In this document: in pieces, positions 34,749-47,000 of the stretch
Position numbering within the stretch: the stretch's first letter is position 1
Layout: each line of letters begins with the position of its first letter
From: Wallemia ichthyophaga EXF-994
Taxonomy: Eukaryota; Fungi; Basidiomycota
Direction: 5' to 3'
DNA length: 62,000 bases
NCBI RefSeq assembly: GCF_000400465.1
Contig: NW_008806280.1
Coordinates: forward strand, 82,001-144,000
Notes under the pieces: model-generated
Told to the model about the DNA's origin: nothing
Database searches by the model: none
Seen by the model: the letters and a program-made list of their open reading frames with translations, nothing else
Position numbers and translations under genes: made by a program

Positions 34749-36119
34749 CTATAGAGATGACTGTGTTGAATTTTTTTGGTGTGTCAGATGGGCCACTACG
34801 ATGGCATTCTTGGCAGCAGATGACGGCAATTTCTCCCATCTACCCATGCGAGGTTCTTGAGCTGTAGCGGCAACGAGGACGAGCTGATCCTTCTCCTGCT
34901 CTTCCTGAACGAGCTGAATGGAGTTGACGAATCCTTTAGCGTCGATTTCTGCGAGTTTAGAGAAAGCCTTAAGATTCGCATCTATCCTCCATAGCCTAAT
35001 ATAGCCATCGCTGGACCCACTAGCAAAGAGATCCGAGTAGGGAAATGCAGCGAGCGCAGTGATTCCTCTGGGCTGCTTGATGACGCCCTCAGTCTCCGAG
35101 TGGTGGTGGTGCACGCCGTGTGCGAGATAGCTAGTGTAGATAGCTTTCTTCTTACCAATGTTCCACAAACTGATGAATCCTGAGTCACCACCAGTCAGGA
35201 AATGTTGCTCGTCGATCATGGCACACACGTCGAGACTGCCCTCCACGAAACCGGCTTGCTTGCCACGACGAATGGGCTCGCCGTCAACATCCATGCCCTG
35301 AGCATCGAAGTCAAGAGCACCGTCTATCATGTCGCGTATCTTAGATCTGCCACCACCTCTAAAGACTAATTGAGACTCGTCTACTACTTTCCAGTAACGC
35401 GCAGATTTGTCGCGACATCCAACACTCAGCGCCAGGTCAGACCTGAGTACGTCGACTGAGTAGATGGAGTCTTGGTGTCCGAAGAGTGTCTCTACGTAGG
35501 ATGGAGGGTCTGGTGGGCTAGGAGGGAAAGAGTAAATTTTGATGGATCTGTCTAAACTGGCAGCGAAGAGCGCAGTGGGGGTTGATTTTCTAAAGGATAA
35601 CGAGGTAATCGAGTCTTTGAAGCCAGGAATAGTGGTAATTAGGGAGAAAGGGGATGTTTGGGTGTTGTAAATGTCGATAGTGTTGATTGAGGTACCAACA
35701 GCGAGCCAATTGAAATCAGGGGAAGTTGCTAAGCATAAGGGGTGCCTAGTGGGTAATCTGTGCCTGTCCTTTGAGTTTAAGGGCTGCGTGTATAGATTAT
35801 TATCCTTTGCGCTGAATACTAGGATTGGTGTGGTAGAAGTAAATGAAATGATAGCGTGAGTGAGTGGTGATTTGTGCTTAATAGATCTAACTGTCTTAAT
35901 ATTTAAATTGGCTGATATAAATTTATTCATTTTGTTGCTCTTTTCGAGTAAATTGGATTCCAACGTCGTCTCGACATCCTCGCCGTCTAAACCACTCAAA
36001 TACTCCTTTGCGAGCTTAATTCTCTTATTCTGTACATCTCCCTCATCTTCGCTACTCGACGAGTACACTTCTTCTTCTCTCTCTCTCTCGCTTTCACTCC
36101 CACTCGATACGGAAGACAT
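34749..36119 (-). CDS. RRP9: U3 snoRNP WD40 protein Rrp9 (U3-55K)
   Basis: Motifs KRIKLAKEYL, SYVETLFGHQD, RDKSARYWKVVDESQLVFRGG, FLTGGDSG and SDLFASGS. The only Met upstream of KRIKLAK in this ORF, short of a further overlap, is 36119. Confidence 0.93.
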   Translation of the reverse strand: MSSVSSGSESEREREEEVYSSSSEDEGDVQNKRIKLAKEYLSGLDGEDVETTLESNLLEKSNKMNKFISANLNIKTVRSIKHKSPLTHAIISFTSTTPILVFSAKDNNLYTQPLNSKDRHRLPTRHPLCLATSPDFNWLAVGTSINTIDIYNTQTSPFSLITTIPGFKDSITSLSFRKSTPTALFAASLDRSIKIYSFPPSPPDPPSYVETLFGHQDSIYSVDVLRSDLALSVGCRDKSARYWKVVDESQLVFRGGGRSKIRDMIDGALDFDAQGMDVDGEPIRRGKQAGFVEGSLDVCAMIDEQHFLTGGDSGFISLWNIGKKKAIYTSYLAHGVHHHHSETEGVIKQPRGITALAAFPYSDLFASGSSDGYIRLWRIDANLKAFSKLAEIDAKGFVNSIQLVQEEQEKDQLVLVAATAQEPRMGRWEKLPSSAAKNAIVVAHLTHQKNSTQSSL

Positions 36120-38401
36120 GATGGATTGCGTCCTAGATGCGTATAAACGTGAAATATCAATCGAGTTGAATGAAATTAAAAATAATTTTATATTCAAAAT
36201 AAACGTTGATCTAGCCAGCTACTCGCTGTCGTACTCTTCTAAGCTGCTCATCTCGCTATCCACCACCCACAAACACGTTTTTAAGTACGCTTTTCCTCCT
36301 TGATCCTATACTCCCATCATTTAACATGAATTAATCAGAAATGGCGATCTCGCTGCTATCGTCGACACAAAGAACGCCGAGCTATTTCGAGGTGTTGTTT
36401 ACTCTTCCACAACTGACAATATTACCATCTCCATCGACAGAGATGAGCTCGATCTCCCTTCTCCAATCTACCTCGTAAAGCTTCAAGATGAATCCACCTA
36501 TAACAGGCTGCTACACACTATTTCCATCTACCAGAAAATCTTCACTTCAAACACCCAATCTCCCTTAATCAACACTATCTTTGGCCTGTCCAAGCCTACA
36601 TTTTGCCAGACTCCACCTGCGCTCTACCTCGACAAGTCACTCAACGATTCTCAAAAGCGCGCCGTCGATCGGTGCATCTCTGCCGATCATCTATCCCTTA
36701 TCCACGGCCCGCCAGGAACTGGAAAGTCGTACACGCTAATCGAAATTATTCGTCAGCTAATAACTCAAAATAAGCGCATTTTAGTTTGCGGTGCTTCCAA
36801 TTTGGCTGTAGACAACATCCTCGAGCGCCTCTCCGCACACAACATCCCCGTCACCAGACTCGGTCACCCCGCACGCATCCTGCACTCTCTCCAACCACAC
36901 ACCCTCGAGTATCAGACCTCCCACTCGCACCAGAATGATATCGTCAATGACGTCAAGAAGGAGCTCGAGGACTTGATGAAAGACTTAAAAGACGGCCGTA
37001 TTAAAGGCAAGCTCAAGCGGAAGAATGCGTGGAATGAAGTTAGGGAATTGAGGAAGGAGCATCGCAAGCGATCTGCTGGGGTGCTCAACAACCTCATCAC
37101 TCGCGCTCAAGTAGTACTGTGTACCCTGCACGGCGCAGGCGGACGTCAGCTGCACAACAAACATTTTGATGTGTGTATCATAGACGAGTCCACACAGGCA
37201 CTTGAACCTAGCTGTCTTATCCCTGTCCTCAAAGCCAATAAACTGATTCTAGTGAGTTTAAAACACTTTGCGGATGAGTTGAAATTTGACCTTGCTATTT
37301 AGGCAGGCGACCCCCTCCAGCTACCACCCACCGTACTCGCCCAGCCGGGCAAGAAGAAGAAGGAGGTACCCAAGATAATACCCAAAGATGGCGCGAAGAA
37401 GGCAGAGGAGGGTGCCAATGGGGGAAAAGATACACAAGAAGCAACTGCAGCACTCTCCAAAACATCAATCAGTAGCCATTCTCCACCCACCCAACCTACC
37501 CTTAAACCACTAGCCTCGCTCAACCAAACCCTCTTCGAACGGTTAGTCGGAATACACGGCAACAGGATCAAGACGCTACTCAGCGAGCAATACCGCATGA
37601 ACGATCTTATAATGCGCTACCCGTCCGAATCAATGTATGGGGGAGCGTTGACTGCACACTCGTCAGTATCGCACCATACGTTGCTCGATCTGCCCAGTGT
37701 ACAAGCGCACGAAGGAGCGCATGACGAAATAGAGCTCAATTCACCCCTCGTCCTTTTAGACACCGATGGTCTAGACTACATGGAGCGCGTCGACTCGGAG
37801 GAGATGAAGAAGGGCGAGGAGGAGGGCAGCAAGTACAACGAAAATGAGGTCGAAGTGGTGCGCGAAAAGGTTGGACAGCTCGTCAGTCAAGGTGTCCTCG
37901 ATACCCAGATCGCCATCATCACCCCTTATCAAGCTCAAGTGGGACATCTCAAAAACGCTCTGAGAGGTACATACCCCGGTTGCGAGATCGGCAGTGTCGA
38001 TGGCGTACAGGGACGCGAGGAGGAAGTAGTGATCATGTCGCTTGTGCGCTCGAATGATGCAGTGGGTGTCTAACGCTTTGTGCTTTTAGTTAGTTGATCA
38101 CCGCTCACTACTCTCTTTTTTCTTTTAGGGCGAAGTAGGCTTTTTGAAGGAGGAACGCAGGTTGAATGTGGCTATGACCAGAGCTAAAAGGCAGCTGGTG
38201 GGTGTTTTGATTTTTTTTTTCATTTGGCCGGGTGCTGATTTTGCATTGCAGATTGTCGTCGGGAATAGCGCAACTATCAGACGCGGGAGCACATACCTGA
38301 AGAAGTGAGTTTGTTGAGGTTTTGATTTGTGTTTAGCTTATCACACGCGCAGGTGGATGGACTTTTTGGAAGAGCACGCTGATATTCAGGTGCCTGAGTA
38401 A
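36118..38401 (+). CDS. HCS1: Hcs1/IGHMBP2 SF1 (Upf1-like) helicase, multi-exon
   Basis: Exon 1 (MMDCVLDAYKREISIELNE...HKHVFK) is spliced through intron 36285-36338 to NGDLAAI..GVVY. Motifs HGPPGTGKS, ASNLAVDN, IIDESTQA, GDPLQLPP, EQYRMN, SVDGVQGREEE and RRLNVAMTRAKR follow. Confidence 0.93.
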
Positions 38402-38515
38402 TTTTTCTTTGTAGATGACGAGATAAGCAAATGAGTAGATAAATAGACTTTTTTGCGTGCTCCTATCTGATTGGCTGAGAGTGTGATGATTTGAAAGAAG
38501 ATGAATTGGATGCAA

Positions 38516-38523
38516 TTGTTTAC
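38516..38523 (-). promoter_or_regulatory. Forkhead-binding site GTAAACAA upstream of CDC5
   Basis: Plus strand reads TTGTTTAC. An ACGCGT is also present at 38618. Confidence 0.45.
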
Positions 38524-38822
38524 ATGGGTGTTTTAAGCGTACCCGCGTGTGCTACTTTCCTCTTACGCCGCAACCGCAGATCTGGATAGGTGCACACCAC
38601 CGCGCACACAAATAAAGACGCGTAATTTCAGAGCTAAGGAGCCTTTAAATGCTTCAGCCCCACTTCAGCATCGTATTTACACCTCAAACGCCAACGAAAA
38701 AGAAATAAATTCCTCATCAAGCTGATTTTGACGCGCCTGGGATCTCTCACCCGAACGACGACGACGATCGATTAAGCGGGATATTAAAGGATTTCTAAAG
38801 CATACAGCACAGCGAAAACGTC

Positions 38823-41131
38823 ATGAAAACTCCGCCACGCCCAAAATCGACAAAGCTCTCCGAGACGTGCGCACCACCGCCGGAGACGATTAGAGATAAG
38901 AAGAGGAATAAGAAATATTCGCGGCATGGGCTCTTAGGGGAGGTGAGAAATGACAGCGACGGGGATGAAAACGAATCTGACACTCGAGTAGGGCGGATTC
39001 GCACGAGTGTACGAAGTCGAGGATGACCACGGCGGGTTGCTTGCCATTAAGACAATATCTAAAACAGCGCTGCAGTCCAAGAAAAACAGGACTAAGGTGT
39101 GTCTTGAATTCTGATAATATTGTGACGCACACACTGACACACTCACAGCTCTATGCTGAAATCAAACTGCATAAAGCATTATCACACCCGAATATAGTCG
39201 GCTTTGAGGAATGCTTCGAGGATGAAGAAAACGTTTACATGCTGATGGAATTGTGCAAGGCAGGCAATATGATGGATCTTCTTCGCGCGAGAAAGAGATA
39301 CACAGCTCCAGAAACACGCTTCTTCCTCGTACAGCTTATAGGCGCGTGTCAGTACATGCACGAGCATTCAGTTATTCACCGTGACCTTAAACTGGGCAAC
39401 TTGTTTTTGGACGAGTCGATGAATGTCAAAGTGGGTGACTTTGGCTTGGCCGCTTTGATTGAGCGCGAGGGCGAGCGGAAGAAAACAATATGCGGTACTC
39501 CAAATTATATCGCTCCAGAAGTTCTATTTGATACATCGAATGGACACAGCTTTGAAGTCGACGTGTGGTCTATTGGCGTAATCATGTACACTCTTCTAGT
39601 AGGGAAACCACCGTTTCAGACCAAAGATGTCAAGGAAATTTACAAGTGGGTTTGAGACACTGCTGAGACATGCGCACTTAACACTCACCCTTCAGACGGA
39701 TAAAAGACAATTTGTACGAATTCCCAGTGGATGATCCAATCCCGACTGAAGCTGAGGATCTCATTTCGTGCATCCTGACACCAGATCCTAGTGGGTTTGA
39801 GTTACTTAATAACTTGATTTTTCAGCTAACAACAAACTCCAGACGACAGACCGACTCTTCACGAAATTTTAGACCATCCTTTCTTTAGTGGGATTACGCC
39901 GCCATCTATCCCGTCAACAGCGCGCATGTCTAAACCTGACTTCAGCAACGTGACAAACGCAATGTCTAAACATAACATGCGCAGGCTGCGTCAGCAAGTA
40001 GAGCTCGACATTTCACGCCCAATAGCGGCCAAGAATGGCGAAGAGAAGACGGAGAGTGTGTCTGTCGCAGAGCAGGAGAGGGAGTTCAACAAGGCAGTAC
40101 AACCATCATCGCCAATCTCCACACTGCTCAGCTCGGCCAGGCAGCCACTGATTGTTGCCAACAGTCTCCCATCGCAGCCGCTGCTTAGACAGGCGACAAC
40201 TGCAGCACTTGCTGAGAAAGAGAAGAAACAGAAAATGGAAATACACGCATCGAACAAGAAATACATGGAGAATTTGGAAAAGAAAGATGGCGAGGACGAG
40301 GAAATTGCTGATCAGAAGCTGAGAATAGTTAGTGAAATGGTCAACAACGATGAGAAAAATAAAGGAAAAGCGAGAGCATTGGATGAGAATAATCAACTTC
40401 CACCACCTAAAAGCAAAAGCAAGAGCAGTTGTTTTGTGGAAATGCACACTAATCTTCACAACGCATTCACTGCCAAACGTGAAGCAAAGCGTTTCGAGAT
40501 ACCATCACAATACCGCGACACAGATTCGGACAAAGCATCCAAAGTTTTCATAGTTAGTTGGTTAGATTACTGCAATAAATATGGAATGGGATATGCATTA
40601 ACTGATGGCACCGTTGGCGTGTATTTCAACGATTCAACATCCATGGTGCTATCACCTGCAAAGGAAACGGTTGACTATATAGCGTCTCGTGGTAAATCGA
40701 GCACAGCGGTAAGGAAAAATTTCAACATAGATAAGGAGATACCGAAGGATTTAGAAAGTAAGATGTTGTTGTTGAGACATTTCGAGGATTATATGCTCGA
40801 GAGGCTCTATGGAGCACGTTCATACACATACGTAGATGAAGAAAGGCGGAAGGGGATGACTTTTGTGCAGAGATACTATCGGATGAAAAATCTGATAGTG
40901 TTCAAGCTGTCAAATGATGTCGTGCAATTCAACTTTTATGATCACACCAAGATGATACTCAGTCAGGGAGGGTGTTTGGTTACATACATCGATAAGGATT
41001 ACGCGTTATCGAGATGGACACTGGATGAGATATTGGAAAAGCAAAGCAAGGATGAAAGGGAGAAGAAAAAGATGGAAGGGATATTAGTCAAGCTCAAGTA
41101 CTGTAAGGATGTATTTGCAACAGGGAGGTAG
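38823..41131 (+). CDS. CDC5: Polo-like kinase Cdc5/Plk1; exact start uncertain
   Basis: Motifs LLGE|[32 protein letters not shown] and polo-box [22 protein letters not shown] and QFNFYDHTK. Several introns. Confidence 0.96.
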
Positions 41132-41195
41132 TGGCAAGTGTAAGAACATGACGATTAATAAAGTATGTGTACATGATGTGAGGTGTGTTTATAGC

Positions 41196-41631
41196 TTAAG
41201 CGATGTTACGGAGGACAAGAATGACGGAATCGCCGCTAATTTGGGTGTGGTTAGGAGGGTGTTTCAGTTAAAGACATAGCACTCACCGCAGGAACATTTT
41301 GCTAATGAATCTATCCTTATTGATTGGTTGCTTCCCTTTTCCTTTTGGAACTTCTGTCCACATTTCCTTTACATTTTCAAGCACCTAGGTGAAACGAATG
41401 AGAAGACAAGTAAAATGAGAGCAATTATAGTACCATATTTGAATGCCTATCGAAAGCTTTAACTCTTGCTAGCAATTTCCTGTTATTTCTCAAACTGACT
41501 AATATTTGAGTGTTATTCTTCACGCTCTGCTGGAGCACCGATAAAGGACCTTGGCTGAGTTCAAACTCCTCCAGTTGTCTAATTTGATCCTCATTCAACT
41601 CAGATTTTGGCGTATTTACGAATTCAGACAT
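41196..41631 (-). CDS. SMD2: Sm D2 snRNP core protein, two introns
   Basis: [13 protein letters not shown]...[20 protein letters not shown]|[11 protein letters not shown]...[10 protein letters not shown]|[12 protein letters not shown]. Confidence 0.96.
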
Positions 41632-41653
41632 GTAGCTTTACGTTGGCTTGTGA

Positions 41654-42907
41654 TGGTCAAGAGGAAACGAAGTGAGCCATTCGTATGCAATCATTGCGGA
41701 AAGTCTTTTGAAAAATTATCAAAGTATACAGAGCATACACGCAAGCACACCGGGGAGGTGCGTTTGGCTTGTCCAATTGATTTACCTACTAAACCACCCA
41801 TAGAGACCATTGAAGTGCTCAAAATGCAATGCTGTGTTTAGAAAAGATAGCCACTTAAAAGCACACGAGCGAACGCACGAATCAGAATCGAGTAAACCAT
41901 TCAGCTGCACTCACTGTGATAAACAATTCTGGACGAATCAACACCTAAAAAGGCATTTAAAAACACACGAATCAAGCTTCATTTGCAACTACTGCGATAA
42001 ATCATTCTCAAAACAATATCAACTTAGAAATCACGTCGCTGGTGAGCATAATCCAGTTGGTACTCTACCACACATATGTGCACACCCGGGCTGCACGAAA
42101 TCATTCCCTACAAACGCGAAGCTCAGAAGACATGCTCAAGTTCATCAGTCTGATAGATATAGCTGTGGACACGATCAATGTACTCACCTCTCTTTTAACA
42201 AATGGACCGAACTTCAGGCGCATATCAGACAAGAACATAAACCAACTTGTCCTTACGAGTCTTGTCACAAGGTTTTTAGTAATAGGACCAACCTCAACCA
42301 GCATTTGCTTCTCCATGACCAGAAAGAGGTGGAGAGGGAATTGGGTTTAGAGGAGCAGGCAAAAAACGTAAAAGGTGGTTTGGTTGCTAGAGATTTTCAT
42401 TGTCAGGTGCAGGGCTGTGACAAGAGCTTCAAATCTCACCGTGCTCTCACCGTCCACATCAACACCACTCATCTCAACATACGTCCCTTCGTTTGTCTCC
42501 AATGCGATAAGAGCTATGGCTACAAACATCTGCTACAGAGACACTTACAAACGCACAAAAAACAAAAGGATGTTAAGAAGCCAAAGAAGACCACTATCGA
42601 GAAGTTCACCGGTGTTGATTACATGAAAAGAAACATCGAATGCCCATATAAGGATATACTTGAGTTAGATACTCTCCCGGACTGCTCTTTTAGATATACT
42701 AGACGCTACGATCTACGTCGACACCTCGCCTCCAAGCATCACATTCACTTCACTAAAGAAGAGCTGGATTATTGGTTGGACGGAGGCATAGACGAGCAAG
42801 AAAGTGTCAGTGCGAATGAAGAAGAGCTGAACAAGGAGCATAAAAGCCAACATGAGAGCTTGACTGAGGATGAGGAGCTGGATCAATCAATAGAAGCGCA
42901 GGATTGA
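41654..42907 (+). CDS. PZF1: C2H2 multi-zinc-finger protein, TFIIIA-like, intron near 41758-41804
   Basis: Nine canonical C2H2 fingers plus a tenth with a long C-x11-C spacer. Finger patterns (FWTNQHLKRH, FNKWTELQAH..EH) match fungal TFIIIA as I recall it. Confidence 0.8.
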
Positions 42908-43455
42908 TGCAGCTAACATTTATATATTTATTTGTACTTAAATTGTAATGTTTGTAATATATGTATCATTTTGTAGCTATTGACTTTGTGAAAACTTCTC
43001 AGCGTCGAGCAGCGCTTTGTAAACATCCACTTATTTTTGACATGCTACAGGGATGATGATTTGTTTTGAAAATGCAAATTCATACTATAGAATCTAGAAG
43101 ATTCCAACACAATCTTCCTTGTCCCCATACCCCAACTATTTGTTTTTTTAGGAATGCACCAGTCGATCCAAACCCCCTTCCCTCGGGATTCAGAGTTGAG
43201 CTGACCCCCACTTTGATTTACAATACATCATTTTCGATAAGTATTCATTGAATAATAGTGACCTTGATCCTCCCCTATAGCCAGGTTTTAAAAGGCCTCA
43301 AATCGAAAAATGTACTATGTTTTACAATGCTGTTACTGGCATTATTTAAACAAGACGGTCTGTATCAGCTCAAAATCACAATAAGAATCGATTGGGCGCG
43401 TGTAATACTCCTTGTTAATACTATGGCGTACTATAGAGCGATTTCGAACCATGAC

Positions 43456-43589
43456 TCTCGATCAGCATGCAGAGCATGATTAGGAGCGCCAGAGATCTAA
43501 ATCTGGCAAAGCATATTTGTACCAGCCATAGCTATCAATCAAGCATTTTTATTTGGAGATCATCAAAAGTTGTAAATCATCATCCGAGA
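43456..43589 (-). ncRNA. Candidate box C/D snoRNA-like element
   Basis: ATGATGA (43583-43577) and CTGA (43465-43462) are flanked by a 6-bp terminal stem TCTCGG/TCGAGA. There is an internal GCCAGA/TCTGGC hairpin. I identified no target. Confidence 0.3.
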
Positions 43590-44084
43590 TGAGTTAAGTA
43601 TGGCACGCGAAAAATCAATTCGATGGATAGTGAGTGAACAAAGAATACAAAGGTATAGTTGGAGTGCTCGAGAGCTACTGAGAAGAAAGGTGTTGTAAGT
43701 TTATACAGAATGTCTGAACACGAATCTGCTGTGCTCATCTTCATGTTCACTTGGTCATTTGCAAGGCCAATTGCATTGAAATAATGACCCCGACTATCTG
43801 AAAGCTGCTTTTAATAGTGGACCTTCATCCCCTCGGCTATCTCGTTGAATCGTACTGAGACCATCATAGTCGCAGCTCTTACTACCTATTCTTGCATCAT
43901 TTTAAAATAAATTAACAACTACATGCGTATATGCATTTCTTTAAAAATAACAATAAGAGATCATGTTAAGAATTGTTCACAAAGTAGTAGAGTGTTCGCT
44001 GAAGAGTGGAGGAATTTGTAGCGTTTGTTGTTAAATAAATAAATCGTCCATGCAAATATACGCCTCTAAAGTAAGCCTATTATT

Positions 44085-47000
44085 CTAGATAGATGTGAGA
44101 ATATCGTCGATTATGGCGTTAATCTCAGTTCTACGATCGTTGATAGCGTCGTTTCCATACTTGTCAGCAAGATCCTGTCTGATTGACTTCTTGGTTATAT
44201 TGTCCAGATCTGCCTTGCCAATTATGCCCCTGACGTCCATCTCGATTTCATTCCACGATATCGATTGACTCCCTCCACTGCCGTTGCTGTGTTGATTGTA
44301 TTCAGGTAGGGGTGTGACGGAGTGCGACTGCGGCTGTGGTGGCATGAATTGCTGTTGGGAAAAGTTCGTCGACATTCTCGGATCGTAGCCTCCGTAGAAT
44401 GAGTTGGACCAGTTTTGAGATTGCGGATATGGATGGTGTTGTGGTGGTGCCAAAGAATACATTGATGTGGTGTTTGGATAACCGTTGAAAGCGTATTGGG
44501 ATGGGTATGCTGATTGGCGGTAGATGCTCTGATTCGCGGACATTGAGCGCGGCACACCGCTCTGGTCCAATCCACCATACATAGATCGAGGGCCATAGAT
44601 ACTGGCTGTGTTAGCTGGTGATGGCGGCCTTGATGCTTTCTCAAATTCGTAAACTTCATCTCTGTAACCCGATTAGCTAGTGCGTTACTTCTCAGGAGTC
44701 TAACTCACCCTTGCTCCCACAGCTCAGCTTCATACTCAGCCCATGTCTTTAGTGGTATCACCTTTGGATCAAAGTGACCTTCATCATGTATCATCATTTT
44801 TCTGCCCTTTTCTCCTGTGATCGTGTGCGTCGAGCCCCATGAGAAATCATCAAAGTGCCAGAATGAATATAGCGGCAAGAAGAACGAGAAGAGCGGGATA
44901 GCGCAAATATAAACTATCATCCAGCCAATCTGTTCCCATTTACGATGCATAAGGAAGATTAGCGCTTGGAAACCATATATAGCGCAAAGCATAATGATAG
45001 ACGTTGTCGGTATGGTCTTTCCTTCAGCTGCTGCCAAGTAAATCAAGTAGACAATATAAACGACGGTGACTGGAGCGATAATTGTTGATAGCAGATCAAT
45101 GAAAACTATGAACCTCATCGAGAAGCAGCAGAAACCACAAAGCTTATCCAAGAATAACAGTTCGGCCAGGTTATGCACAGTGGAGTTAATCCATCTACGT
45201 CTTTGAGAGAGCAAAACCTTGATATCATCCGGTGCGACAGTCTGGGCTCTTGCATCGGCTGTAAATTTGGTCTTGAAGAGTGGGAAATGCTTGAGCAGAA
45301 TAGTAGTAAGATACCGATCTTCACCGAGATGCAAAAGATTCTTCAAGTGAAGCGTATTAACAACATTTTGACTATACTCGTCAATTACCTCAGAAGCGAC
45401 GAAAAGTGGACGATGAGTATCACTCGTGCGCAATCTATACATCGAAAAACATCCTGGTAAACATGTGATAGAGCCAAACAGAGACTCAAATGCTTTGGTG
45501 AGGTAGTGAGAGATATAGTACTCGTAAACCTGAGCCATAGTTACGATAGATTGCTTAGAATTAGCTAGAGAAGTTTCTCCACATAATGCCAAGATCTTTT
45601 TATCTCGCATGAACGATGATATAAACATAGAAAGACAGTCAGGATCGACCATAGTATCAGCATCGACGGCCAGCATATACTCGTAAAAATTGGGGTTAAC
45701 ACCAATAACATTCTTGATTTGGTGGTATATCTCCAACTCAAGGGGGTTCATTGGTGCGTCGAAATGAACTTTGTTCAGGAACCACATCAATGCCAATTGT
45801 GAGTCACGCTTACCTCTATTACCAGGCCTGCTACGTTCTGTTGGTTTACCGACTTTAGCCAGTACAATGTACGGTACGACGTGACCACGGTGCTCATAAA
45901 GACCACTATAGATTTTGCCCATATTGTGCTGCTTGTTACCCTCACCGATCGACTTAAAGCTGAGCGGTTCTGGATCGTAATTAGGATCAGCGCCTAGGAT
46001 ATCGAGGGCAATACGTGGTGTTGTACGGTCATTACCACTATAAAAAGTTAGTAATTCACGAAAATTCAATCAACACTCACCCTCCAATAATGTTACCATC
46101 ACAGATAACAAAAATGAGCTTGCGTTTATCATCGTAACGCGTAGCGGCGAGCGAGTCAATCGTCCGTCGCAGTGACTCTTCACCCTCAGTATAAGCAGGT
46201 ACCTGTAATTGTCAGCCAAAGCCTCGTTTCTATCAATCCACCTACTTGGAAAATGAGAAACTTGTCGTGCTCCTCCGGTTTCCGTCGTGTACCAAAGTTG
46301 ATAGCAGCCAAGAACTTGAAACCAATAATGACAATCATGAAAATTGATAGCGCGAGAAGGATGTAGTTTGAGAATTGACATGCCGTTGAGTTTCTTCTAT
46401 CCACTTTACCAATAAAGAAGAGATTCCGTAAACAGCTCATTTGACGAGCAAGGACGGTAGGATCTATAGCCAAGTCTTGAACATACTTAGTAACATCTTC
46501 CCCTGAATTTTGTTCAAATATTTGAACAATCGCTTCATGCATAAAGTGAGTGTCAATGTCAGTTGGAGCTGCCTCGTCTTCGCTAGATCCAACAAAACCA
46601 CCATCAAATGAGATGTACGGAGTCATATCGTAAACGCTGCCATTGATCACAGCTACATTGTTATTATCGTCCGCCATCTTTGAAATATCCTTGTCGGTTA
46701 AACCGACATGACCGACTCTGTAATTGTAGCGCATAATGACCATCTGCTCGTAATACCAATCTGGTCTTGAGTCATTAGTCCATGCTCTAAAGTCGTGGTA
46801 GTGGGCATTAGGTTCTGTAGATGTAGTGTTTGAGGCGTCAAGACCGACTAGCGGATTAACCGCTCCATCAACACCATTGCACAATGCCGATACTTGAACA
46901 GGAAGAAGATTAGAAACATCCTGACCACCATAATTCCAAAAGAGCCTGTCGTCGATAACTGATACAGCACCGCGGTGTGCATCGTGCATCTTAGTGAGGT

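Noticed and set aside
43156-43184. EGRGFGSTG, similar to dUTPase motif V
   Set aside because: No other dUTPase motif is nearby and the frame is closed by stops, so it is probably chance.
43052-43204. Plus-strand ATGATGA...CTGA as a second snoRNA
   Set aside because: It has no terminal stem and the spacing is long.
43440-43450. GGTTCGAAATC as a tRNA T-loop
   Set aside because: The flanks do not form a T-stem or cloverleaf.
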